DNA of 64,000 bases from Octopus sinensis (GCF_006345805.1 NC_043007.1:29326001-29390000), one strand, 5' to 3'. Numbered from the stretch's first letter, positions 12,590 through 25,134 are shown. A program made the numbers and translations. Notes: generated by a model not told the origin, from the sequence alone.

Positions 12590-12810
12590 CCCTTTCGTTA
12601 CCATATTTACTTTGAGATGCTCTGTGTTTCTTCCAATTAATTTTAAATATAACAAAGAATTTAGTAAAGTAACTTAGTTATCATTAAGCTAGTGTTAGGA
12701 ACATAAATTGTGACTAAGGTTTGGTGGAAGATTTTAATTCAAAACTTATGAAAACAAGACATTTGTACTACAGAGCCAGAGGCGGTTTCAGCCAGGTTGG
12801 TAATGAAGGG
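12590..12810. mobile_element. piggyBac-type MITE (221 bp)
   Basis: TTAA|CCCTTTCGTTACCA ... TGGTAATGAAGGG|TTAA: TTAA target duplication with CCC/GGG termini. Confidence 0.85.
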
Positions 12811-13135
12811 TTAAATATGTCCTTCTTTGGAAAGGGTAAAACTAGTGAGTGTCCTTTTACTAAGAATAAAATTTCTTTCTTTCTCCCCAAACATGGACAA
12901 GTGTTTACCTCATTATCATCATCATTTAATGTCCGCCTTCCACCCTGGTATGGGTGGCACTGTTTGACCAGAGCCTGCACCAGGCTTCTGGGACTGTTTT
13001 GGCAGGATCTTTACAGCTGGATGCCCTTCCTAACACCAAGTCCACTCAGCACAGTGGACTGTTTACAGTTTTTACGTTTTTGTTGGGTTTTTTTTTACTT
13101 GTGGCAAACTGTAAGAAATCTCTCTGTTTGTTCAG

Positions 13136-13294
13136 GTGGTGGTTTAATAGTGAAGATATTACGAAGACATGCTGATTTAGATGTTAAAGATGTCACACCT
13201 GGGCCACCCATGGCACAGAATGTCAAACTGAATATACCAAAGAAGACGAAACTCTTTGTCAATCAATCAATCAGAGAAAGGGAAAATCCTGTTG
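13136..13294 (+). CDS. BBS1: BBS1 coding exon (159 nt, phase 1/1)
   Basis: gttcag| and |gtgagt. Translates (S)GGLIVKILRR...KLNIPKKTKLFVNQSIRERENPV. Confidence 0.95.
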
Positions 13295-13471
13295 GTGAGT
13301 TGTTGGTGTTGTTATTGTGGTGGTGGTGTTGTTACATTTGTGGTTCGTGTTGTGCTTGTAGTGGTTCTAGTGATTGTTAAAGTAGATGTTGTGGTGTAGT
13401 GATACACGTAGAGTTTGTTGTTGTTGTTATGAAGCAATAATCAGCAGAATTTATTCGGTTTCCTGTTTCAG

Positions 13472-13605
13472 CAATGTTTCGTACGTTCCAACGAGACCTG
13501 AGACTCTTCCGTTTGAACACAGCTCGTCAATTCCTGCACATCTTGGAGAATAACAACAGTCCAATCTCTTGTGATCCAAAGGATCCACTGAAGATATCAG
13601 CCCAG
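13472..13605 (+). CDS. BBS1: BBS1 coding exon (134 nt, phase 1/0)
   Basis: gtttcag| and |gtaata. Translates (A)MFRTFQRDLRLFRLNTARQFLHILENNNSPISCDPKDPLKISAQ. Not in the ORF track; found by reading. Confidence 0.95.
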
Positions 13606-15020
13606 GTAATAGCAATTAGACAATTATTGGTTTAATCTTTTAAATTTACATCTATTGAGAAATTACAATTGTCAAGTAATTTCTATATTCTGTTGTGTCT
13701 GGGGAGAGTCATTTTCTTTTTGTGCCTATAATTCACCGGTAGAATTTCCACGTTTTTCTCATTTTTATTTTCCTAAAATTTTCGTTGCGTCTTGCAACCT
13801 TTCCAATAGGCACAAAAAGAGAATGGACTCTCCCCAGACACAACAGAATATGCTTCAACACACGAACTCATATAAAGAATCTTACAAACCAAATCCAAAA
13901 ACAAAGTATTTCTATATATTGTATAACTTTGGTGTAGAATATACAACTGGATTGTCATCCTCATTTGATGCCTGTTTTTCCATGCTGGCATGGGTTGGAT
14001 GGTTTAAGAGGATCCAATGAGTTGTTGGGCTACATCAACCACTGATGTCAGCTTTGGCATGGTTTCTATCGCTGGGTGCCCTTCCTAATGCCAACCACTT
14101 TACAGAGTGGCACTGGGTGCTTTTTACATGCCACTGGCAGTTGTTGAGTCGCTAAGTAATTTGCAAGGCAAGGAAAGAATAAGAAAGGGCAAAGGCTTCT
14201 TTATCTAAATGGAGGGTGGGGAGTTAGTGTTTGAGAGAGGAGGAGGGGTGAAGGCAACCCCTTGTTATATAAGGGTAACTGGAAAGAAGTGGTGGTGGTG
14301 GTGGTGGGATGCTGGAAAAGGGATGTAATGACAGTGATGGTGGGAGTGTGTCAGGAGAGTGGCCTGAAGGACAATATGAATGAGAGGAGATTGAGAACCG
14401 AGCCTGATGAATGCCTACCTGTGTGCTAAATCCGTCTCTACCCGTGGCTAACTCTGCAGGTAGATACCCTTCTTAATACCAACCAACTTAAAGAATGGAC
14501 TGGCTGCATTTGATCATGGCCCCAGCACCAGAAAGACTGTCCTATATTTAGACAGACCGAGGGGTGTTCCCACCCTGCTCCGCCCGTCTTGGCTCGTTAA
14601 CAAGGTGCTTTGAGTACATTCTGTGTGTCCCCTCTGCTGTTCAGGTGTGTTTTGATCTGTTAGAGTAAAAAGGGCTTCATGATGTGTCAGTTCATGGAAG
14701 GTAACATGGTTAGAGGGGGGAGATATAAGGGACAGAGTGAGCGGGGGGGGGGAGATTGGTGGTGTGATGGGGTGAGTGGGTCTTAGAGGAGGCAGTGAGG
14801 GTATGATGAGAGAAACAGAGAGGATACAGTGGAGAGGGAAAAGGGGGAGTAGTAGAAAGGGAGTGGGAAAATGAGAGTGGGGGTGGTGGAGAGAGATGAG
14901 GAAATTTGCATATTGTTTTTCTTGTATGGGTGGGTCCATTCCATTGGTCTGTGGAATTGTCTTTTAAAAGTTGGACAAAAGGTTTTATTTTGTTTTTTTT
15001 TTGTGATTTTCTCTGTTTAG

Positions 15021-15155
15021 GTTCAAGGAATTGGTCCTGTATTTAAACTGAACATAACTTTACAGAACACCTCATTGACAAACCCATCGACCAACCTCTG
15101 CCTTAATTTTGATTACAATCCCAGACTTTATTCCTTCAGGAAGTCTCGTATACCT
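15021..15155 (+). CDS. BBS1: BBS1 coding exon (135 nt, phase 0/0)
   Basis: gtttag| and |gtaagt. Translates VQGIGPVFKLNITLQNTSLTNPSTNLCLNFDYNPRLYSFRKSRIP. Confidence 0.95.
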
Positions 15156-15224
15156 GTAAGTCGCTTTTACCCTCCTTCTCCTCCTCCTCATCGCCATCGC
15201 CACCACCACCACCACCACCACCAC

Positions 15225-15258
<34 letters not shown>

Positions 15259-15389
15259 TAATGTCTGTTTTCCTTGCTGGTATGGGTTAAATGGTTTGAC
15301 AGGATCCACCAAACTGCAGGGCTGCCTCCTGCTCCACTGTGTGTTTTGTGAGGGTTTCGAGTGCTGGAAGCAGTAGAAATCATGAGACA

Positions 15390-15891
15390 TTACCTGGAAA
15401 AGGGGTTTCCAGTCACCAGCGTAGGCTACAGTGAAATGCTGGCCAACACCACTGAAACCAGCAGTTCACACCAAACACCAAGGTCTATTGTCTATTCCAG
15501 TGTTTGTGTTGTGCTACAATGCCTGTCCACATTCCATTGCCCAGACCATTACAACCATTGAAAAATTGGCTTTTGATTTGCTGGAAAACCCTACATACAG
15601 TCCAGATCAGGCCCCTTCTGACTATCATCTCCCTGGATTCTGCAAACATCCTTTATGAGGTTGTCAATTTTCTACAGACAAAGAAGTGTAGGAAGTGATG
15701 CATAAATGCCTGTGCGACCAACTGGAAACATTCTTCTCCAATGGGATGAGCAAGTTTATGGACCACTGGAAGAAGTGCATCGAAAAGCAAGGAGTCTATG
15801 TCAAAAAAGAAGATGTAATTGTTCAACCCTTGTTTTTATTTTCTAATAAATTACAGAGACAAGAGTGCATATAATTTTTGACTTGCCCTCG
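15390..15891 (+). mobile_element. Mariner transposase 3' remnant with right TIR
   Basis: LENPTYSPDQAPSDYHL...FF.NG..K..DHWKKCIEKQGVYV; ends ATAATTTTTGACTTGCCCTCG|TA. Confidence 0.88.
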
Positions 15892-16042
15892 TATATATAT
15901 ATATATATATATTTATATGTATATATGTATGTATGCATGTATGCATGCATGTGTGTGTGTATATATATAGCATGTATGCTTATAAACCATGTGCACATGG
16001 TGTTAATGTCTACAGCTGTTCTCAATGCTTCTTCCATTCCAG

Positions 16043-16129
16043 ATTCCATTCCTTGTGCCTGGTTTGGACTATATCTTTGACATATTAGTTGATTGTAAGA
16101 GCGAGAAAGGCATCTCGGATGACATCAAG
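16043..16129 (+). CDS. BBS1: BBS1 coding exon (87 nt, phase 0/0)
   Basis: attccag| and |gttggt. Translates IPFLVPGLDYIFDILVDCKSEKGISDDIK. Confidence 0.93.
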
Positions 16130-16204
16130 GTTGGTATTAACTACTACACCGACACAACTACATTGGGGCACCAAATATCGCACACTACATTCCTATTCTG
16201 ATAC

Positions 16205-16730
16205 TCTCTTTCTCTATCATCATCATCATCATCATCGTTTAGCGTCCGTTTTCCATGCTAGCATGGGTTGGACGGTTCTACTGGGGTCTGTGAAGCCAGA
16301 AGGCTTCATCAGGCCCAGTCAAATCTGGCAGTGTTTCTACGGCTGGATGCCCTTCCTAACGCCAACCACTCCGAGAGTGTAGTGGGTGCTTTTTACATGC
16401 CACCCGCACAGGTGCCAGACAGAGCTGGCAAACGGCCATGAACGGATGGTGCTTTTTATGTGCCACCGGCACGAGGGCGAGGCGAGGCTGGCAACGGTCG
16501 CGAAACGGAAGGTTCTCTTACATGCCACCAGCACTGGTAACACATCTGCAATTTCCATTGATCGATTTCCATTGATCGATTTCGATTCTGATCGTCACTT
16601 GCCTCAACGGGTCTTCACAAGCAGAGTTTCGACATGCCACCGGCACTGGTAGCACATCCGCAATTTCCATTGATCGATTTCGATTCTGATCCTCACTTGC
16701 CTCATCACGTCTTCACAAGTAGAGTTTTGT
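16205..16730 (-). mobile_element. Family C element with an internal duplicated segment
   Basis: Same tail as 7520-7810; cacat..gcaatttccattgatcgatttc..attctgatc.tcacttgcctca present twice (about 16540-16630 and 16655-16730). Confidence 0.75.
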
Positions 16731-17030
16731 GTCCCAAGAATACACTGCACTGGTTTATCGGTCCACTTGTGTACTAATACTCTGTCTACGTTTATATTTC
16801 TGGATTTCGGGTTTGGCCTCTTCTCTCTGCAATCTCCATGGTTTGGCCATTCCGTGGACCGGACCGGCTGATGAAGCTGTGACATTTGACATTTCAAGTG
16901 AAATGTTTGCGTTTCTGAGTCTCTCAATATTTTACGTGCATCATTGTTAAAACTAAGCAAGCGGCAGTCACTAGCGCCACCTATGTTGGGTCATTGGCTA
17001 AACAAAATAACTGACAACATCAACCACCTG

Positions 17031-17452
17031 TCTTTTACTTGTATCAGTCATTAGACTGTGGCCATGCTGGGGCAGCACTGCCTTGAAGGATTTTTAGTCA
17101 AAGGAATTGAACTCGCTACTTTTTATATTTTTTAAGCCTGGTACTTATTCTATCAGTCTCTTTTGTTAAACCACTAAGTTATGGGGACATAAACACACCA
17201 ACACTGGTTCTCAAGGGGTGGGGGGGACCACACACATACACGCATGCATACATACATACGTGCATACATACATGCACGCATGCATATATGACGGGCTTCT
17301 TTCTGTTTCCGTCTACCAAATCCACTGACGAGGTCTTTGGTTGGCCTGACGCTAAAGTAGAAGACATTTGGGCAAAGTGCCACTCTGTGGAACTGAACCT
17401 GGAACCATGTGATTGGAAAGCAAACTTCTTATTACACAGACATGCCTGTGCC
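17031..17452 (-). mobile_element. SINE family A copy
   Basis: Colinear with 2270-2667, including the CORE-like GCAC..TTGCCCAA segment. Confidence 0.8.
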
Positions 17453-17579
17453 CCTTGTCATTCTACCCTACACATCACCACACAAATTACCTAATTAATA
17501 CTCCCCCCCACTTTAATTAATTCCAAAATGGTGGCTGTTTAATAAATGTTTGTTTAATATTTGTTTTGTTTTTTTGTAG

Positions 17580-17666
17580 GTGTTGCTCTACCGGACTGGT
17601 CATCTTCTTCCATTGTTGACCGCTGTTATTAGTATGCCTGTGAGTGAGGCCATACCAACCGACTGA
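17580..17666 (+). CDS. BBS1: BBS1 terminal coding exon (87 nt incl. TGA)
   Basis: tttgtag| acceptor. Translates VLLYRTGHLLPLLTAVISMPVSEAIPTD*, matching the BBS1 C-terminus pattern (..PLL.A.V.MP.SE). Confidence 0.93.
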   Translation: MLLYRTGHLLPLLTAVISMPVSEAIPTD

Positions 17667-17932
17667 CCACTGGTGTTGTCAACATACAATGCTTTGGAGT
17701 TGGCTACAAAACCTTCACCGGTTTTAGTTTCTTGTTTTGCAATCAAAATGGATTTATGCCATCGTTGAGGAATGGCTGTTTGTGTAGTTTAAAGGGAAGT
17801 TGGATTTCATATTGTCCCCACCACAACAACTATCATCATCAGTATCATCAGCATCTTAACATTATTATCAAAATGATGGTGTTTTATTTATTTATTTTGT
17901 TCTGTCTTGTGAAATCCTTAACTGCAAATTCC

Positions 17933-17938
17933 AATAAA
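17933..17938 (+). terminator. Candidate BBS1 polyadenylation signal AATAAA
   Basis: First AATAAA seen after the stop codon, about 270 nt downstream. Motif only. Confidence 0.5.
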
Positions 17939-18853
17939 TAATTCTTGTAGCCTCAATGGTTTTACCATTCCTCGGAGGCAACCCTTCAGCATTCGGATTG
18001 TTCCTCTGTCAAAATGTAACACTTATTTATTTCCATTGTTTTTCATTAATCCTGGATTATAACTTTGAGGTTTTGATGATGTGATTGTTCATTTTGAGAA
18101 TGAAATTGTAGGGTAGGTATGAGAGGCTGGATCTGACTGGTTTGAAGAGAACCATCCAAAAGCAGTTCTCTTCTCTGCATTATTATGCTCATCATGTGAC
18201 CACCACCACTGGTTTCCTCATAACAGTCTATCCTCCTTCTGTACAAGTTTAGATAGACTGAGTCTTTCTACAGAAAACCCACCAATAAAACCTTATCACC
18301 TGACTTCCAGGTATCTTTGTTCTATAATTCCTAAAGAAAATTCCTCTCTTCATCCCTTTTCTTTTCTCACCTGAACAGTTTCACAAAGCCAGACTCTCTG
18401 TGTAGTGACAGGTGAACCACCAGTCTCCAAAGAATCAATATACATGTATTGAGTACTTATTCCCCCATTTGCATATTCAAGTAAACACAAATATATTTTC
18501 TGTCGTAATTACATGATGACTATAACGATTGAACATATTCACCAATCTCTGGCTTTTGGCTTCTTTGTGGCTGCACAAAGCATTTCAAATTCGTAATAAC
18601 AAATGGAATGTTGCTATTGACAACAATTGGTAGAAAATACTTCATAATTAGTTCTTGGATGTTCAGCACAATGTTACTAATACTTGATAATCTTCATAAA
18701 TGAGCCCTATTCATTCTCTTAAGGCCCTGATGCCTATAACCTTCTATAATAACTACAAATTGGTGCTGCTATTCATTGGTTTTTACCTCTTTGCTAACCA
18801 TTATGTCTGTTTATCATACAAAGTCTATTCAGTCGACTCCATATATATCCTTC

Positions 18854-19213
18854 TTTACCTCTGCCTTAGCGAAGGTGGAGGTATTGTTTACAGTTGTGTT
18901 TGTTTGTTTGTCCGTGGACAAGATATCTCAAGAACTGCTGGATGGATTCAAATGAAACTTTCAGGGATGTTTGGCCTCATGATTGACACGAACTGATTAA
19001 ATTTTGGGATCGATCCAGTACCAGACAAGGATTCTGGATTATTTTTCCTGTTCTTTTACTTAATTTTTGAGAGCGTTTGGGTTCACGTTTAGTATTCTTG
19101 TTTGTGAGAACAGTCGAGCTTATTTCAGATATTCTCATTTTAAAAATTATTTTGGGCTAATCATTGAGAGGACATTTGTGTTGCCTTGGCAGAGTTTTGT
19201 TCTCTCTGAGTTT
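18854..19213 (+). mobile_element. Helentron-associated (HINE/DINE-1-like) non-autonomous element
   Basis: 5' hairpin CCTCTGCC..GGTGGAGG, (TTTG)n, TGGATGGATTCAAATGAAACTT core, 3' GGCAGAG sub-terminal inverted repeat, T-rich flanks. Confidence 0.55.
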
Positions 19214-20493
19214 CTCTTGTTTCAAATTGTAACTCTGTACATGCTAGGGAAGGGCAAATGGCAAACCACAGCAATATCTCTGCCAAGAAAGCACCATGAG
19301 AAAGTCAGAATGAAGGAATTCTATGACTTCAGCCAATGGGAGAACTCACACTTAATCAGGAAGGAAAAAACAATAAGAGTATAAATGATTAGGTTATGGG
19401 GGAAAAACCCCCATAACTACCTCACCAAAGAAGCAAAGAAAAAGAGAAAAAAAGGAGGGTGGTGGTGGTGGTGGTGGTGGTGCAGGGTTGAGCATCGGAT
19501 TTCATTGGCATCAAGTTGCCGTTATGTCTCTTATTTCCTTTCTCTTCAACAAAACTGTTGCCGGTCATTTCCAATTAGGATTCTATAATTATTGTTGTTA
19601 CAGAATTGGGGTTATGCTTGATGTCCATTCTGTCCTTTCACCTTCAATATCCACCCTCCCCCTACCTTTGATGTTGAAGTATTTTGAGGGGTTGGGATGT
19701 CCCCTTATTTCAAGGGTGATGGTGGGAGCAGTTTATAATTGGTTAAGGTTTTGAGATGGAAATGGATGGAGAGACACTTTTAAGTTTTGGCGATTGTATA
19801 GGAGGCAGCCAGAGAGAAAGAGAGGTAGATAGAAAGAGGGAGGTTGCTAGAGAGAAAGAAAGATAGTCAGAGAGAGAGAGAGAAAGGTTTTCAATGTCAA
19901 CACCAATTTCTCTTCCAAATCAATAATTTATATAGAAACATGCAAATGCCAAAATTGCAATTATGTTTCTAATTAATGGATTTTTAATGAACTAATTTTT
20001 AATAAATATTGATTTCTAACTTAGATCCAAGGCCACATATTTTTGGGGGGGTGGGGGATATAATCCTTTTATCTTTCTCCCCCCCCTCTACTACTTTATT
20101 TAATTGACTTCTGGAATAATGAACAGCAAAGGTGACCCCAATAGGATTTGAACCTAAAGCATGGAAAACTTGACCAAGGACAAGACGGTTTATCCAACAT
20201 TAATCAATGGCACCAATCTGCAACTCTTTATTTTTTATTGACTTTAATAAAAGTTTTGTTTCGTTAAACATGTTAGGCCATATTAAACTATGAATTTTTC
20301 ATGCAGAAGGCGACCCTGGGATATTGTAATCCATTTAATCTGGTTCTGTTGCCAGTCAAATAACTATTTAACACCAAATATTAAGATTCCCTCATTGTAA
20401 AATTTTGAAGAATTTGGTTATTTCCAGTTGACATTTGTCTTTATTCCTCACAGACTCTGCAAGAATATCTTTTGCTAATTTTGCAATAATCAT

Positions 20494-20538
20494 AACCAAT
20501 CAGATGTGATGATGTCGTAACAAGAGGTCAGAGGTCAA
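20494..20538 (+). promoter_or_regulatory. CCAAT box plus perfect DR1 nuclear-receptor element
   Basis: AACCAATCAG (NF-Y consensus) at 20494-20503 and AGGTCA-G-AGGTCA at 20525-20537, in unique sequence. Confidence 0.35.
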
Positions 20539-20879
20539 GTACAGAGTTTCTCTGCCTGTGGCTTTTGCCTTTAATTTAAAAAAAAATTTATTCTATTTTT
20601 CTTTTTCTTGGATTGGTATTATTGGAGGGGAAACAGGATTGGGTTATCACTTTCAGAAAACCAGGACTGAGTTGGTAATTGGTTTAAAACAAAAACAAAA
20701 ACAGACAAACAAAACAAATGAAGTTCACAATCTTTTATTATACAGATCTATTGGATTTTTTTTTTCAAAGTTTTTATTTTTATTTTTGTACATATTCGTT
20801 GGTGACAAAAATAGTCTTCTGTTTACAAGTTTTCTCAGGGAACACAAAAAGAAATTCAAACTTGGATTAAGCAATCAAA

Positions 20880-20918
<39 letters not shown>

Positions 20919-20935
20919 AAGAAATCATCATCATC

Positions 20936-20989
<54 letters not shown>

Positions 20990-22639
20990 GTTTTATTCAT
21001 GATTTGGGTGATACACGAAAAGCTTTGTGTTTTTCTATTACAAAGAATCAGGTATATCTTGGAAGACAGACATACAAATAATCAACGTTAACAAATGCTG
21101 TGTAACAATGTAAATGTTCTAAAAATATTTACAGAGCCCTAGTATTGCTATTTTCTCAAACATACTTATGGCCATCCTTAGAGGTAATCTATCAATGTCT
21201 TGACAGAAGTTGTTGTGGATCATGTTATTTCTAATTTGATAGTCAAGTCAAAGTGAATTCAGCTGACCGCTGTCCAACATTAATTATTTGGTATTGCTTT
21301 GTCCGTTATTAATATATTGTTTTTGGAAAAGAACTTGATGCCATGATGTCTGTAAACTAAACTTCCAGGTAATCTTTGCATCTTCTGCCTTTGTAAAGAA
21401 AGATTGGTGGAAGTTTGTAAGAATACTTTTGAACTTTGTCTTCAACACACACACACACACACACACACACACATCTATTACCAGCAGCATTTGATGTCAT
21501 TAGGATAAACAGGGGTGTAAGGTAGCTTTGCTGTGAAATGTGTCTAAAATATTTAACCACAGTTTATAAATTCCATAGCAAGGCTTCAAATACATGTTTA
21601 CTGAAGACACACCCTTGTAAGTTCACCTCTCTCTCTCTCTCTCTCTTTATCTGTCTGTCTCTCTCCCTGTCTCTGTTTCTCTCCGTCTTCCTCTTTCTCT
21701 CCCTCTCTCTCCCTCCCACTCTCTCTCTTATTTGGTGGAAGCTAGTGCTGAATGTATTTTATAAGAAAATACCTATTTAAGCCACTTGTGTTGTCTATAC
21801 TCTAAGAATTTTAAATGTTTATCATAAAAAACATGATTTCTATTTGAAGGCCTGTTGTGTAGAGTAAATAATATGGTTGCTTCCTCCTCCTCCTCTGCCA
21901 CTTTTGATTATCTTTGAAGAATCCAGGTGAAAATAGATTAGTTTTTATTGCTATTAGACATCCAGCTTATGAGTATGTTGCCCATATAAGGACAGGTTGT
22001 TATCATTGGCTATTCAGCCTATGAATATATTGTCCATATAAGGACATGTCTTAATCTTTGGTCACCATTATCGTCAGTGGAATTTTAATGTCTAATTTAG
22101 CTGTCATCTTAGTTTTAGATTTCAGCTGTCGAAGGATAGAATTCAGATTTTTGGGTGAAAACTTCATTGCTGCCATCACAGTTGATGATCTTTTGATCAT
22201 CGTGTTCCTCCATTGTGGTTCTCACCAACCTAGATACCCCCACTATGCAGCTGTTCAAAGGCATATACTCCTCCTCCTCTTCCCTCCCTCCTCCTCCTCC
22301 CACCACCACCTCCTCCCCTTCATCCTCCCCCTCAACCCCAGCCTCAGCCTCTGACACTTCGTCATTGCTATCTTGGAATCTAGGCTGATCTTATCTGTTG
22401 GGTGTTGCTATTATTGCTCTATAACCCCAGGTCAGCCTTCACCGAGCAACATCCGTGCACAAATTCATTCCAGCCCTGACAATCTAGTCTATAGTTTAGG
22501 GATAAGGTTATCTGGGACTACATTGTTTATTGAGTTCTGTTTCTAAGAGAGTGATTGAGTGCCTCCTAGTGGCTGCCTTATTCTCTTTTTGTTTTAGGAA
22601 TAAAAGGGTCCTTGGCCCCTAACATGGTCATGTTCCCTC

Positions 22640-23100
22640 ATAACAAACTGATCATTTACAACAATCTCACCACCACCACCACCACCCATCATCATCATCA
22701 TCATTATCATCATCATTTCAGTACTCTTATTATTGTGCACCTTCATTGTCCTCCTCAGTGCAGTTCTGTCTACCTTGATTACGTACAGTGTTTCAGTTTC
22801 ATTGAAAGTCTTCTCTCAATTACAGGTGTGTGTCGTCTACATTGTCTAGTAATGTTCTTTCCTCTATGTCTTGTATGCATCTATCACCTACGGTTCTCTA
22901 CGCAATACGTGTCATATCTAGAAGTGCTGTTTTTGTATGGTAGCACATTTGTGAGTCCCAGGCTTGCCTGTATGGTTTCTAATCATTCACAAGGCCCCTA
23001 TTATTACAGGCCATACTTTTGGTTTATCTCTTTTTTCACATCTTTATATTTCAATAGTTTACCCAAATTTCTGAGAAATATTGTCAACCCTTGAAATTTC
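22640..23100 (-). mobile_element. R4/Dong 3' (RLE) fragment
   Basis: Minus strand reads ..KLLKYKDV..K..VWPVIIGAL..IQKTALL..; abuts (AAT)n at 23135-23209. Confidence 0.6.
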
Positions 23101-23168
23101 TATTACTTTTTATCATTATATTCATCATACTCATCATTTTATCATTATTATTATTATTATTATTATTA

Positions 23169-23209
<41 letters not shown>

Positions 23210-23757
23210 GAGTGAGAGAGCAGTGCATGCCATCAAAGTGACACTGGGGTAAAATATACAAAGTCCAATATACCCATCATGACTACCCATCTGATAAGGG
23301 TACACCAGGCACATGCATCACAACCATATGTGCATGACTTGGTGATCTCATATCAAGATAAATAGTGCATGGCCTTGCAGGTGGGACCCAGTTAGAATTT
23401 TCTTCTGGTCAAGTAGCCCATCCCACTCAAAAGGTCCCTGAATAAGGATTGTTTAAGGAAATTGAATGAAACATCCATGTTTCCAAAGGTGAATTATCCA
23501 AACCTCCAAGAATTCCTTTCAACACATGGCTATGATGCTCCCCCACTACTTCTGCTCCTGATCAGAGATGCACATATCGTCAGCCACTAAGGGACATTCT
23601 CAAGTGGTTATGGTCAAACAACTGACAAGCAAATCTGTGGTATTGAGCAGAATATTTGCTGTAGCCCATCTTTTATACCAAGACAAAACAATGTACATGA
23701 TAACACTTCCAATCAGTTAAGATCAGAAGCCATGAGAGCCACTGCATCAGGGCATTT
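23210..23757 (-). mobile_element. About 550-bp (TAA)n-inserted element, full copy
   Basis: Same family as 808-1360; (TTA)n on both flanks. Confidence 0.85.
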
Positions 23758-23774
23758 ATTATTATTATTATTAT

Positions 23775-24035
23775 TATTAGAGATGGATCTGTCTCTTCGT
23801 TGCTGCAGTGGAGTCTGTGCTGTTGTATGGCTCTGAGACTTGGATACTGACCAAGAAACTCACACAGATGGTGGATGGGTGCTACTTGCTCGAGAATGCT
23901 AAGAATGGCTCTGAACATTAATCAGTATAGACTGAGGATGAAGAACTCAGAGCTGTACGAGAGCCTCCCGAAAGTTAGCTTGAAAATACCACAGAGGAGA
24001 CTGAGGTTGGCTGGACATGCTGACCATCATTCAGA
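23775..24035 (+). mobile_element. RTE/RTEX-like LINE RT C-terminal fragment
   Basis: LFVAAVESVLLYGSETW.LTKKL...DGCY.RMLRMALNI...RRLRLAGH, with a frameshift. Confidence 0.8.
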
Positions 24036-25103
24036 GGGGAATACAGTGTCCCAGTATGAAAAAGGGGAAAACTAAATATATGCCCTTCACAGTTATGCTT
24101 CAAAAGCAGGTTCAATTGAGGGTCCAGTCAGGGGCCCAGTGGGGGGGGGGTCCAGTAAGAACCCAATGGGGGGGAGTGGAGGTGGCAGGGGAGCAGTGGT
24201 TTGGCGGTACACATGTGGCAGTAGAATTTGTTTTAATAGTGAAAATAGGATTAATAACATGGCATCAGCAGTCTTCTAGGAATTTACTTGGAATTCCTCA
24301 GTGTAGATGGGTGGGTGTTGTATGGGCGGTGGAATAGAGCTGAATAGTTAAGAAGTTTGCTTCACAGCAACGAGATCCTAGGTTCAATCCTTATGCATGG
24401 CATCTTCAGAAAATGTCATTTTCTATGGTCTGAAGTCAAGCTGTAGCCTATGGGTGAAATTGTGGAGATGGAAACTGTATCGAAGCCAATAATTCAAAAA
24501 GATACAACTTTGTCATACCTAATGTCACATAGATTCTAGATTCTGACAGAGAATTATGTTAAGGATATGTATGTGGAGCCCTCAACCACTTCAATGCTAA
24601 TTCAAGAGCAGGAAATTCACTTGATCAAAAATCTGAATTCCCATTGTCAAACAATTTGTGTGTGTGTGTGTGTGTGCAGTTTTATAAACATAGAGCCCTA
24701 TCGTCTTTGCATTGTTTTAAATAGGTTCCAGGCCTGTGGATTTAACGATGTGAATTTGTTAGCAGCTTGTTATGTAATTCATTAGCCACTCTTTACAAAA
24801 CTCGTTAGCCACTCATCATACAAAGAATTATCTTCACGGCACCAGAAACACTGCCAGAATACAGGGAACAGAATTAACCTATGGACTGCCTTTTCTAAAT
24901 TTCTCTACAAGTTACCACAATTGTAAAGATTTACCCGAAATGCTAAAAGTTATTCAAAATCATGGAAAATAATCCTGAGATTAAAACTGAAAGAGTCAAG
25001 AAGATGACTTTTAGTGTTGCTGGTTTATATAGAATTAATGGTATGATGAGAAGAACTAACAGTAATAATAATAATAATAATAATAGTAATAGTAATAATG
25101 ATG

Positions 25104-25134
<31 letters not shown>

